Source of the DNA: Amoebidium appalachense
Taxonomy: Eukaryota > Protista > Ichthyosporea
DNA: 64,000 bases
Assembly (NCBI GenBank): GCA_963693365.1
Contig: CAVNZM010000004.1
Location: 2,065,889-2,129,888, forward strand
Direction of reading: 5' to 3'
Both the position numbers and the translations under genes were made by a program. Position 1 is the first letter of the stretch. Each line of letters starts with the position of its first letter. Below, piece by piece: positions 1 to 12,726 of this stretch. The notes below the pieces were generated by a model. The model worked only from the letters and a program-made list of their open reading frames with translations. It made no database searches and was not told the origin of the DNA.

Positions 1-160
1 GATGGGTGGTGGTGGTGCCCGGGGGGGGGGGGGGGGGGGGGGGGGGTAGTTGGGCAAGGGGTTCTTCTGCTTTGCCGTTTTATTTTTGTTGCTGCTTTCC
101 ATATCAACTTGCGCTTTTCCTTTTCCCTTTCTTTTTTCTCCACTGGTGATGGCGATAAAT

Positions 161-201
<41 letters not shown>

Positions 202-429
202 CGAGCAACACTTATGCATTGACCCAACCAAAGTTTGGCGGGAATTAACAGTAAGGCACCCCATGGTTGTTCATATCTCCCTTGGTCTTCGGGAATTATT
301 TGTGCACTTTTGCATCTATTCATTAGCGGATAATTGATATTCATTAGCCGATAGTATCTATCGATTCAATGATTGAAATTCGTTGTGCTCTGTGGTATTT
401 ATGCCACACTCACTAACACACCCCTGCAG

Positions 430-860
430 GCCGAGAGACTAACTATGGACTGTCTCACACTCATGCGCCGACTGAGTAACAATGCAGACCTGGTCTCCCG
501 GCTGGCTGCTGGAGGAGAGGTGGGTGGGTGGGTGGGTGGGTGAGAGGGGGGGGGGGGGGGGGGTTGTGTTAGAGGTGAGGTGTGTGGTGTGGATGGGTGG
601 GTTGGTATGTTGGCCTTTTATTTTTTTTTGTGTGTGTGTGGTGAGTGAGTAGGTGGGGTGGGTGGTTGCAAATATGGTGTTCGTTTACTTCTGCCTATGA
701 GTAACGTGCGTGATTGCTTTGGCATGCATGAGGATGGATGTGCTTATCTGGAAGAGTGTGTGTGTGCAGAATGTGGATATTTGGGCACAGGAGAGTTAGA
801 GGTACCTCCGACACTATTTCTCTCTCCCCCCCCCCTTTTTTTGTGTGTGTGTGTGTGTGC

Positions 861-893
<33 letters not shown>

Positions 894-1009
894 GGCGGCA
901 ATAACTCACACTGTGATGCAGGTTGTAATTGGGCCGTCAGACCGGCAGCTGGTTGGGGCACTGTTTGAGACGATGACGTCAGTGGGTGGCCGTACATTTG
1001 TCCCTGCAG
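430..1009 (+). CDS. Two small internal exons (430-519, 922-1009) of an unidentified host gene
   Basis: cag|...|gtgggt and cag|...|gtatgt splice sites; joined in frame as AERLTMDCLTLMRRLSNNADLVSRLAAGGE-VVIGPSDRQLVGALFETMTSVGGRTFVPA; other exons not located. Confidence 0.45.
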
Positions 1010-1101
1010 GTATGTAACACAGTGACTACGTCATCAAACATGTGTGCACACACAGACCGGGCATGCATGTTCATACACACATACGCATAAACTCGCAATA
1101 T

Positions 1102-1175
<74 letters not shown>

Positions 1176-1232
1176 CCTCTCCCTCTCCCTCTCCCTCTCC
1201 CTCTCCCTCTCCCTCTCTCCCTCTCCCTCTCC

Positions 1233-1272
<40 letters not shown>

Positions 1273-1463
1273 CACCCTCTCTCTCTCTCTCTCTCTCCCC
1301 CCACCTCTCTCTCTCTTTCTTCCCCCCCCCCCCCCCTCCCTCCTCCCGCCGTCCCCTCCTCCCTTTCTTCCTCCCTCACTCCCTCCCCCCTCACTCCCTT
1401 CCCGTTCTCTCCCGCCCTCCCTCCCTCCCTATATCTCTCTCGTGTAACCCCCCTCCTCCCCCC

Positions 1464-1497
<34 letters not shown>

Positions 1498-1881
1498 CTC
1501 CCACACACACACACACGTGTTGGTATGATGCAGACACACACATGAAAAGCATAGAATTCGAAATTCTGTATTACCCTCTCCTCGTCCTGCCATCCCTCTT
1601 CAGCAGCCGGCACACTACGTTCCTCTCTACGTTACAAAACTTTTCTGCTTTCTCGTTTGGTGTTAACAAACCTCTCCTGGATTTTTGTGGCAGATGTGTA
1701 CATTTTCTATCCGGTTGGCTTTGTGGGTTTGTTTTTTTGCTTGCGTGTGTGCTTTTTCTTTTTCTTTTTTTTTTCTTTTTTTTTTTTTTTGAGGGGGGGG
1801 AGGGGGGGGGGGGGCTGCAAGAGCCGTTTCGGGTGGGCTCGTGGAAGGGTGTGTAGGTTCAGAGGGAGGCTTCGGGAGAGA

Positions 1882-1912
<31 letters not shown>

Positions 1913-2588
1913 GCTTACGTATTGGGGCATCAATGCACTTACCACACGGGCAAACATTGCAGAAACTCGCGAATTCATCATTCGAAATCGAAGCACACAC
2001 GACACAGAGGAAGAGGAAGGGGGCCCATCCACACACCTCACCCATCGACTGTTTGCACTTCTTAACCCCAGGGAGTTTAGGGTGTGCTGTGCATTTCAGG
2101 TGGACGCGGCGTTCGGTTAAAGTTAACCCAACCAGCGGCTCTCCCATTTTGGTGTTTGGGCGGCGAGCCACAATTCTCAGATTTTTCGCACAAATCAGGA
2201 AAAGCAATCATGTTAGGTCACATTGCCGATGTCGACATACAATTTCGCGCCTGTTTCAAGCTAAACGCCAAAACGACTGTCTGACAATTGTTAACAAATG
2301 ACGTCAACAATGTGGCTCGCCGTCCAGTCGGCTAAAATGGGAAAAGCGATGGTTGGTTTAAAGTTGGGTTGGGTGGTGGAGATGTTTGGTTGATATTTAG
2401 TGGGATTTGATGCTTCCTGCATTCACGCCATGCACACACATACGTATGCACAGGCATGCGTGCACAGACCTACACACACGTGCGCTTGCACATGCACACA
2501 CCCACACATACACGTGCGAGGAAACACGCACTCGCGCGTGGGCGCGGGTGCGCCCGCACACACGCATAGTGTTACACAAACACATTCG

Positions 2589-2687
<99 letters not shown>

Positions 2688-3304
2688 GCACACACACACA
2701 CAAGCACACACAAACACACACACACACACACACAGAAACGCAACACATGCACACATGCACATGACGTTTAACTTCTTCTGCGCATCGGTTTGCGTACGTT
2801 AAGTTCACATGTGGTCTCAAATGCTGAGACAGGAAGACACCCATGTAATACTAGATGGCTCTTTGTGTTGACAAAGAATACTGATGCATGTAGTTTGCAA
2901 CGCAAATGCGTTGCATTCTTATTTTTCATACATCCGTAGTGTAATTGGCCCATGTGAATGCTATAATAGATGTAAGAAACCGGAACGTTTGGTATGAAAA
3001 ATGTTCAGAACTTTTTCACTTTTTGTTTCGTATATTTGTCGAATGACTTGGTATGTTCGAGTTGAACGCGGCACGTCGACATGAGAATAAAAGCCAAATA
3101 GTATACACATGTTCACTATAATATCTAGCCTAAGGGAGGTTGCTGGGAATGTAAGGTTTTATTTTTTGTTCGAACTATGTTTGTGGGGGGGTGATGTCGG
3201 TGTGGATGTTGTACGTGTGTGAGTGAACCCGTGCGTAGGCCGTGCCGTGCCGTGCGCGGCTGGTCTATGTTTGTGGCGGTGGTGGTGGTGGTGGTGGTGG
3301 TGGT

Positions 3305-3355
<51 letters not shown>

Positions 3356-4217
3356 CAGTTCGGATCAGTTCTACCTTTCTGAAGCTGCTAAGTCCTGATT
3401 TGACCTGGATATTTATCCGTTTTAGCCTACACAAAAAACTGTACATAAGAGTAATTCTCTCTCTCTCTTTTTTTTTTTCGGAGTCGGGGAGGGGGGGGGG
3501 GGGAGGGGGGAGGGGAAGGGGGGGGAGGGGGGAGAGGGGAGGGGAGTCTCCGGCCTGGGTCTCTTCTGCAGCTGGCCACTAAACCGTTCCGGGGGGGGGG
3601 AGGGGGGGGGGGGAACCAAAGCCTCCTAAATAGCACTATTTAGGAGGCCCTGGGGGGGACAATGGGGAATGCCCATATGCATGTCAGAGCAATCTTTCAT
3701 GTTGCATGTCTAAGGCCACACTCATTGCCACAGCCAGAGTAACCCATTAATATGTCTATTTTCGTGCATAGCAAGTTCCGTGGTATTATTAACCTATATC
3801 AGGCTGCCACAAACTACTAGTAAGTTGGCGCATTTTCTATCCGACAACCGTCTTACGGAGTCAAGTCTTCCATTTAAAGCATACATGAAGAATTGCCAAG
3901 AGAAAGGCACGGGAAGTAGGGTAGAGAAGAAGGGGAACGACAAAAAATCCTATGCCATCTTCGAAGGCAATGCTCGTCCACCCGTATCATTAACTTAGGT
4001 GTGTCGCTCACCTATCCTACGATGCCGTTAAAATTACGTGAAAACGTAAAACTGGTGACCTCCCAACCCATTTAAACCCAACTCGCATGCATACAATGCA
4101 TGAGAGGATGACTAACATCACACTAGTCAACCTTAAAACATTCTCGCCATATCCATTCACTAATCATAACCCACCGATCACAAACTCTAAACAGAATAAA
4201 AGATATAAAATTTAGCA

Positions 4218-4796
4218 TTAAAGTTCGAGCCATCCCTGGGTCTCCGCCTGCTGCATAAGCTCGAGGTATTCGGGGGAGCGCAGGAAGCGTGCGTAGATGT
4301 CCTTTGACATGAGCTCCTGCGTCTTGGTCTTGGACTCGCTAAACATGTCTGGTGGGGGGAAGAGATTGAGGTTAGCCGGAGGCATTCTCTGAAGGCATTT
4401 AAGATACAGAGTGCATGATTGAGGAAAGTTCGACAAGAGGTCAGGGATTCGTGAACTTCGACATTTTTGCTTTTTGTTTGCTTTTCACGTGATCAAGTAC
4501 GGAAGAAAGGGGTGGGTTATAGTGGCTGGGTGGACCACTGGTGGGCAAACGTGAAGCCAGGCAGGGAATGATGGATGTGGGTGTGTGGGTGTGTTGGTGT
4601 GTGTGTGGGAGGGGGGGGAGGGGGGGAGGGGGGAGGGGGGGGGGGGGGGGGTGTAGTCGGTGTATGCATTAGAGGGTGAGAAACGCACAAGCAAGGACAT
4701 GCATACAACAATCAGTCAAGGCATAAAACAGAAACAAAGCAGAAACCACAACTGTGTTGGCAAGAGATGCTTGAACGCGCCCGGTGTGTGTGTGTG

Positions 4797-4835
<39 letters not shown>

Positions 4836-4919
4836 AAGAGAGAGGGCAGGGGGCAATATTGGAGTTTATGCTCACGTTTCCACGTTTGTGTGTATTTTTT
4901 TTCCCTCTCTTTTCTTTTC

Positions 4920-4952
<33 letters not shown>

Positions 4953-5297
4953 CTTTTTTTTTTGGATGGGGGGGGGGAGGGGGGGGGGAGGGGGGGGGGG
5001 GGGGGGAGACATACGCGGGGTGAACTTCTTCTTCTTTATATCCTTCTCGACCTTCTGACGGGTAGCGGCAGGCACGTTGACCTCGTTAGGTGCGTTCTGC
5101 ACGAGGTACTTGTTCCAGATGGCCTTGGCCTCCTTTTCAAGCTCCTCGGGTGTGTACTGCGCCTTCTCGAATTTGTCGCACACCTCCCAGAAGTCGAGGT
5201 TTTCTTCGTTGTGCTCACGCTCGATGTGTACTCTGTGAGGGTGCCGTGCTGTGTGAGTTTGGGTTGATTGCATACACGATCACCTCCCCCCCCTTCC

Positions 5298-5336
<39 letters not shown>

Positions 5337-6655
5337 CCCGTTCCCTCCCCTTCTCAAAGGCCAGCCTTCAACTTCAGGCTGCCCATTCCACACACCAATT
5401 GCCTGTGTCTTCAATCTATGCCGTTTAGGTCTACCAGCAATCGTTGTACCCAATACCACCCAACAGAGATCCACACCAACACCAACACCTGTTCCCAGAA
5501 TTTAAGTTTGCACGAGCACATGCAACACGATCCGTGCACTTACCGGAACATCTTGTAGCCGTCCTCATCGTTAAGCAAGTCCGTAAGACCCTTGCCCCAG
5601 GCCGGGGCCTTGAGGGCACGGGGGTCGATGGGAGCCATCTGCTCCTCCTGCTGCATCACAGTCTTGTTGAGCTCGGCCTCCTGCTTGCGAGGTGGCCTGT
5701 GCACCCACCAGTAGGCCCGCTCCTGGCTGTCAAAAATTGTTGACTGCACGGCACGTTGTTAGAAAGCAGGTCTTACAGGAGGAAGGTGCTGACGTGGCCG
5801 CTGAGGTGCTAGTTCGGAGGTGTGGTAGGACTCAAGTCTTGTTCTTTGGCTTGTTTTTGCGCTTTACCTATCTAGTGTTTTCATTTATAACTAAGCAATA
5901 ACTAAGCGTGCACGACTTAAGAGCGGCTTCAGGTCAAGTGCTACAAAAGGATAAGTGACCATTGGGCACGGCGCTCTTGAGCTTGGAGTGGATCAAAGAG
6001 AAAAAACAAGCAAAGCGAAAAACAGGAATATATGCAAACATGCACCTGCACGCGCAGTGCAGAGGCACAGGCAAAGAGAAACGATGCGTACCTGCACGGT
6101 GGTGCGCTCCTTTGCAGCGTTGATCTGGTCGCTCGCCTGCTGGACAATAAACTCCCACCGGCGCCTGAGCTTTTTCTGCATCTTAGCAAACGCCTCCAGC
6201 TCGTATGGCTTCATCGACTTGGCACCCTTTTTCATGTTGCATTTTACAAGGTAGACGGCATAGTCGAAATCCGTAGGGCTACCGCTAACACTGGGCCAGA
6301 AATACGGTGTCTGGAAACGGAGGTACTGATCCCCTGAGTCGACGATTGGGGTGTATTCATCAGAGGGGAAAAGATATCCCTCCTTGAAAAGCTTCTGGCA
6401 GAAAAGAAGAGCCTCTGCTCTGTCTTGGAAGTTGAGGTGGTTCTTGAGCCAGTTTACGGCAGCCTCGGCAGTAAAGCACGAAGGCACTGTTTTTAAGAGA
6501 GACTTTCTATCCTTTACCTCCACGCCCGTCTCGGGGTGTTGCATTGCGAGAATCACCTTCTCATACCGCTCAAAGCGCTTTTCCTTTGACTCCTGGTCTT
6601 CCAGCTTCTGACTGTCAACTGGCATCTGAATCGTAACAGCGGCGGGGGCAGCCAT
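4218..6655 (-). CDS. R7-like regulator of G-protein signalling (DEP-DHEX-RGS, no GGL); exons 6655-6092, 5743-5544, 5232-5015, 4348-4218; 370 aa
   Basis: RGS6/7-type motifs: MQHPETGVEVK..VPSCFT (DEP), YLRFQTPYFWPS, DFDYAVYLVK, DSQERAYWWVHRPP (DHEX), EHNEENLDFWE, APNEVNV, LMSKDIYARFLRSPEY (RGS); GT-AG introns join in frame (1113 nt). Confidence 0.92.
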
Positions 6656-7835
6656 TTTCAAAAATAATCTAGGCCTTGAGCCAACAAACCGAACTAAAAA
6701 ATAACAAGTTTGTTAACAACAGTGCTACACAGAAACCCTCTGTAGTGTTATATCGCACGTTTGCTAGTTGCCCCTTCGTTTTGGCAAAGTTTCTGCACGA
6801 ACGTGGACCTTTGTTGGTGCAAAAGGACACCGGCAATTTGGAAGGCTGTAGGGGGAATGATGCATTCAAAATAGAACCGTGATGTTTAACCAATAAACAT
6901 TGCGCTTGTCTAAATGGGGGCAGGCCCGGGCGGCCCCGGGCTCAGTCGAGTCACTGTACTGTAAAATATTCTGTCGGCCAACTAACGGTCCAAGATTAAT
7001 TAAAAGTAGTACATGAGCTAAGGAGCCATTATTTATATATATTAATTTCTCATCACTGAAATAGCATTATTGTCTGTATACCTATATGACCCGCATCAAC
7101 TAACATTATAAAATTTAGGACCGCCGTCATCGTGACATGGACTCGAGGGGACTCAATGAGTTGTGGCATTTTAGGCTACTTAGAAATATAGTGAAATATA
7201 TGTACGTAAAGTTTCACTACATTATGCAGCGACTAAAATAATGAGCCATTTGGTAGAATTTAATTCTTGCTTGATTATAAACATTTTTTGTGTAAAAAAA
7301 AGTTTTCAATACACATTTTTTGACCTATAGTGCTTTTTTAATGGTGCCTTTCGGTATTACGGTAAAAGCAAATCTAATTTACTTATAAAAAGGGTCCAAA
7401 GCTGTGAAAACGGCGAGTTCACCAGTTTTCACCGGATCCTTTCTCCCAAGGGATTGGTTGGATCTGAAATTGCGGCAAGGGCCTCCTGTGTGCGCCTCGT
7501 GTCCCTAGTACTCAGAAGACATGACAATGGGAATTTAACAAAAAAACGTTGGTGCTACTCACATAATAATATTCTTCTTTTTATGCTCTGACTATATTTG
7601 AAGTACTTAGTATCTGCAATTCCCAGAGCAGAAATGCATTCCACCTCGTCAACCCGGTTGGCGACATATTCCAAGCGTTTATGGCTAATGACGTCAAACT
7701 TGATTTATAGGAATGTTTCTATTGGTATAAAGTCATTTAGCTTTCTTTCGTAGTCATTAGCATCCGGCAGAAAACTATTGGCTGGGTGAGCTCGTCACAT
7801 CTTGATTGGTTTATCGCGCATCACTGTTTTTTTAT

Positions 7836-7931
7836 CCATAATCTATACGACTAGTTGGCTGCGCTGGAAAACGCAGTAGGCCGTCAAGTGAGGCTGGGCC
7901 CCTGCAGCAAAACAAAGTGCATAAACCCCCC
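7836..7931 (+). mobile_element. Short SINE-like repeat, shorter relative of 8848-9013
   Basis: Starts ccataat, shares ttggctg(c/t)gctggaaaacgcagtaggcc..ggctgggcc core and aaagtg..taaacccc end with 8848-9013. Confidence 0.6.
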
Positions 7932-8569
7932 TTTTTGCAGGTGCCGTCGGCGGAGTCACGCATGCACCCAGCTGTGCAGGTTGTATGCACGTATGTACAC
8001 GTACTGTACGTTTGTTCCGTTTGTCATGTGTGTACGTGCACAACACACCTAAACCCTTTAGGCTAATAATTTCATTTGCAATGGAAGGCTTATGCTTATC
8101 CAATCCTGTAGTGAGCAAATCAATGGTCCGAATGCCGAATTCGGTATATCAAAAGGTCGTTCGGTAAAATTCTTGATATTCAAAATTCCCAGAAAACGAT
8201 CGCAGCTTTGTGCAAATCGAGGTAAACAACCTCAAGTCGCAGCTTAAATCCTAAAATGAGTTGGCTTTGTTTCTTTTGGACATCCGCCACAATCGAAAAA
8301 AACTGAACAAGTCGAGAATAACCAAACGAATCGCCATATCAAACCTATTTCAAAATAAACAATCGGACGATTAGGCATTTCAAACAATTAAATCGACAAT
8401 GAAATGACAATTCGCCATTTGGTAGGCCAATGAAAATGAACTCATGGTCCGGCAATTCGCCTTTTCAAATAAACAAATCGACAAATCGCCTTTTCAAATG
8501 AATAAATTGACAATTCGCCATTTCAAATGAGCAAACTGACAATTCGTTATTCCAAATGAACAAATTGAC

Positions 8570-10835
8570 CCCAGATGCGGTATGGCAGTTAGTCTCCCGT
8601 TACCCGGCCCGCAAAGCGTGCGGGCCGGACGGCATCCCTATGGCACTACTTAAGGTACTCATCCCACCCCGACCCGAGAAAGACGAAAAGCGTGGCCCGC
8701 CGCCACCACTTACATGTATTCTTAGCGAGTTGTTTAGCTGGTATTCTGATGTCGGTAAAGTGCCCTCGGAGTGGCTAGCCACCTTAGTGTTTCCCATCAA
8801 GAAAACGGTTGCACAGGGTCCCATCCACGAATTTCGCCCTATCGCCCATAATATGTAATAGGGGTGTCAGATACTACGATGGCGCTCATTGTTGCCTAGC
8901 ATGTACATATGTCACTGGCTGCATTTGATTGGCTGTGCTGGAAAACGCAGTAGGCCATCGAATGTGGCTGGGCCTCCGGCAGTGTCCACGCAATAAAAAG
9001 TGTGTAAACCCCACCCTTACGTCCGTTTTTCGCCGATTACTCGAAAGTGGCCTTTTACAGGCCTTTTCCCGTAACCCCACCCTTAAGCAGGCTTCCCAGC
9101 TGAGCCCTCTTCAGGCGGCGTTTCGGCATCGACACTCATGTTACGCACAAATCCTCACTCTACATAATGCAACTCAAAGTGATACCGAGCACCTCGTATT
9201 TATCGATTTTAAGAACGCGTACGACACGGTCGACCTCCCTCGCCTGTGGGCCAAGTTGGCCACTCGCGGTGTCCCATTCCAAATGGGTCGGCTACTGGAA
9301 GCTATGTTTACGTTTACACGCGGACGAGCGGTGGTTAATGGGCGGCTATCCCCAGGGTTTACCCGCACGCGCGGGGTACTTCAAGGGTCCCTGCTAAGTC
9401 CTCTTCTTTTCAACCTGTATATTGATGATTTAGCCGACACTCTTTCTGCGGCACAAATTGACGGGGGGTTGCCATCCCAGGCTCCCCCCGCCCTCTTTTT
9501 TGCCGACGATATTGTGCTTATGTCATCCGATCCTCTCGAACTACGGCAATACATTCGTGTGGTTGAACATTGGTGCCAGCGCAACGATATGCAGATTAAT
9601 GTCAAAAAGTGTGCCCTTTTATCAAAATCGATACCGGCATATGGGACGACGTTTGTATTTTCGGCACCCCTCGCCCAATCGAATACAAGTATTTGGGGAT
9701 TCCGGTGGACGAATGGGGCATATGTTTCAAACGGATGATCGACCGTCGGGTGGAGAGTGCAGGCAGGTGTCTTCGGTTATTTCGGGATGTGTATCTTGCT
9801 ACTCTTTCTCATACTGTCCACCTATACAATCGTCTTAGTATATTTCGCACATATATTCGCCCTTTGTCGGAATACGGGTTGCCCTTACTAGCTATGGCAC
9901 CCCCTGATACTGTTACTAATGTGCTCAAATCATTAGATGATTTCCATTACACAACTTGTTGTATGTTTCTCACTGGTCTTTCCACACCTATCCCTAGACG
10001 CCTTTTTGATTCTCTCTACGCACTCACACCACCATCACAACCGTTGACGCGTACACGAATTAGCCCTTAAATTTCACGAGCACATCACCCGCCTGTCCGC
10101 TTGTGCCCCGGACCACCCGCTCTTCCGGCTACACGCATCCCCGCCGGATTCGCCCCTCTACCTCTTCCCTTCCCCATCGTCTCTGCCCATTGCCGAGCGC
10201 TATGTGGAATGGCTGGCGACCCCCCCCCGGAGGTACGGCTAGATCATAGTGTGAATATGACTAGTTTCAAGTCTATGGCTGATAGATATCTTTTTACTCT
10301 ACGTGTTGAGTCCCTTCCGGTGTTAGGACAGCAAAAACACCAACTGCTAGTAGCCTATATGGCGGATACGGTTAGACAGTCTCGTTCATATATAGATTCG
10401 TTTATTCGTAATGTGGTGTGGTGTAAAAACGCAAAGATGATTATGGCTTGGCGGTGTAATCGGTTTCTGGTGTCTCCTGCTCGTATGTGTAATATGTGTG
10501 GGGGGCGGTTTACTCGCGGCTGCATATCTATCAATAAATGCAACCTGTTAGCTAATGTATTAGAACCGGAGGTTATTGGCGGTTTTATTCTCTTTTCTTC
10601 CTCTCTTCCTCAATATATCCGTTTTAAGATGACTATCCTAGATCACCTTATTAATGCTGCACAGGCCTCCCGGTAGTGGATTTTGCACGATTTGACTTCT
10701 TTGAGGTCCAAAAACCTCAAATTTTCCCCGGCGGGGCCGGGGAGGGAGAATTCAAAAATTGCCCGCTCCTGATATGGTACCCGGGCCACATTACCGGACG
10801 GTAATGTCCACGCAATAAAAAGGGGTGTAAACCCC
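8570..10835 (+). mobile_element. 5'-truncated, frameshifted non-LTR retrotransposon (LINE RT and C-terminal domain)
   Basis: KACGPDGIP, FRPIA/LT, LQAAFR, FIDFKNAYDTV, RGVLQGSLLSPLLFNLYIDDL, LFFADDI, YKYLGI; homologous to ORF2 at 23465-26659; TSD aattgac at 8563-8569 and 10836-10842; hairpin-rich 3' UTR. Confidence 0.9.
8848..9013 (+). mobile_element. 166-bp SINE-like insertion splitting the LINE RT
   Basis: Removing it restores atcgcccttacg (FRPIALTSVFRR); flanked by ccc duplication; last ~30 nt nearly identical to the LINE 3' end at 10805-10836. Confidence 0.8.
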
Positions 10836-11482
10836 AATTGACAATTCGACATTTCAAATGAACAAATCGATATTAACCGTGCAATCAAGCATCCGTGCAT
10901 AAGATGTTGTTAGGGGGTTTACACACTTTGTTAGTAGCAGATTGCCGTGTACACGCGCACGTCTGTGTAACTCAATTACGGTTCCGTCTTACCACGTGGT
11001 ATTATTTCTATACATTCACCTTTCTTTCACTAGGTCTACTCCGGATCTGTTCAGCGTGATGTGATACTAACTCTCCATCTCTCTACCCGTCGATCTACTG
11101 TGGGTGCAATTACGCCCACGTGCACCAATGCACGCAAGCACGCACACACGCTCACGCACACGCACGTACGCATTCACACACACATACAAGCAAACACGTA
11201 CACACACACGCACAAACAGAGGCATACATGCATCCGATGCATACATGCACACAGTCACGTCCAAACCGCTTATGCTTCCAAAAAAAATCACATGATGAGC
11301 ACTTGGATGTTGATGCGCTTCACCTGCAAAGTTGCAACTGGTCACACGCATTCTTGAGACTTCTCCTCGTTGCCCCGAACTTTCACTGAAAGTCCCTCCC
11401 CTCCCCCCACCCCCCCCCCCCCCCCCCCCCCACCACCACCACCACCACCACCACACCCCACCCCACCCCTACCCCCATCTCC

Positions 11483-11516
<34 letters not shown>

Positions 11517-11794
11517 GAAGTTTCCCTTGCCATTCCTCATGCCCCTCCTACCCAAGGCCATCGGATCACAGGGGCCTCCCCATCATGATGAATTTTTTTT
11601 TATAGGTGCATTCTAACACCCCTGTTGTGTGTGGGTGTCTGTACGTGTGTGGGCAATGCAGCTGCTATAATAATCCAATTTTAGTAATTACCCAACAGCT
11701 TGCAACAATATATATCCCTCCCCCCTCCCCTTCCCCCCCCCCCCTCCCCCCACCCCCCTTCCCCCGGGGGGGGGGGGGAGGGGGGCCGGGGGGG

Positions 11795-12042
11795 GGGGAT
11801 CCTCTCCCACTTTGAAACAGAGCCCCTAGGCCTGTCTTCGATTATCCCCCCCCCCCCCCCCTCCCCCCGTGCCCAGACACACACACACATACATACCCAG
11901 CGCCCCTTCCCCCAGCGCCCTCCCCCCCGCCCTCCCCCAACCAGCCGGGGAACACAAGAGGGGAAGGCTTAAAGTTTCGATTTTTATTTATTTTTTGTTG
12001 TTCATTGGGGGCGGTTTCATGTGTGTGTGTGCGTGCGTGTGC

Positions 12043-12076
<34 letters not shown>

Positions 12077-12407
12077 ATGTGTGTGCGTGTGAGCCGGTGT
12101 GTGTCAAAGTGGGAGAGGACCCGGCCCCCCCTCCCCCCCCCCCCCCCCTCTCCCCCCTCCCCCGCCCCCCTCCGGATGTGGGGGGGGGGGTCCTCTCCCA
12201 CTTTTAAACAGAGCCCCTAGGCCTGTCTTCGATTATCCCCCCCACTTCCTCCCCCGTGCCCAGACACACATACACATACATACCCAGCGCCCCCTCCCCT
12301 TCCCCCACCGCCCTCCCCCCGCCCACCCTCAACCAGCCGTGGAACACAAGAGGGGGAGGCATGAAGTTTCTATTTTTTATTACTTTTTTGTTGTTCATTG
12401 GGGGCGG
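11795..12407. repeat. Degenerate direct duplication of a ~220-bp unit (about 11795-12015 and 12186-12407)
   Basis: Shared tcctctcccacttt-aaacagagcccctaggcctgtcttcgattatcccc...gttgttcattgggggcgg. Confidence 0.75.
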
Positions 12408-12408
12408 G

Positions 12409-12451
<43 letters not shown>

Positions 12452-12625
12452 GGGGGGGGGGGGGGGGGGGGGGGGGAGAAAGAGGGGGGGGGGGGGGGGG
12501 GGGGATAACGGTTAAAGGTGAAACGTAACTTGTGGAACATGTATATATATATATATATATACTATACTATATATATATATGATATATATATATATATTTG
12601 GCCAATGTGTGGGGAGGGGGGTGCA

Positions 12626-12661
<36 letters not shown>

Positions 12662-12691
12662 TACAGAACTCTGTCCCTGTACACATGTGAG

Positions 12692-12726
<35 letters not shown>

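Larger units (their letters stand above)
8097..10907 (+). mobile_element. Non-coding interspersed element, copy 1 (interrupted by a LINE)
   Basis: 8097-8159 matches the reverse complement of 21712-21774; internal degenerate caattcgccatttcaaatgaacaaa repeats; end tccgtgcataagatgt matches the reverse complement of 17454-17469. Confidence 0.65.

Noticed and set aside
1575-2045. Possible minus-strand gene starting MGEVCGWAPFLFLCVV with a gtaag donor near 1918
   Set aside because: No convincing downstream exons or recognisable domain
979-3636. Poly-Pro/Gly, ER, HT and CV ORFs here and throughout the window
   Set aside because: Translations of microsatellites and homopolymers
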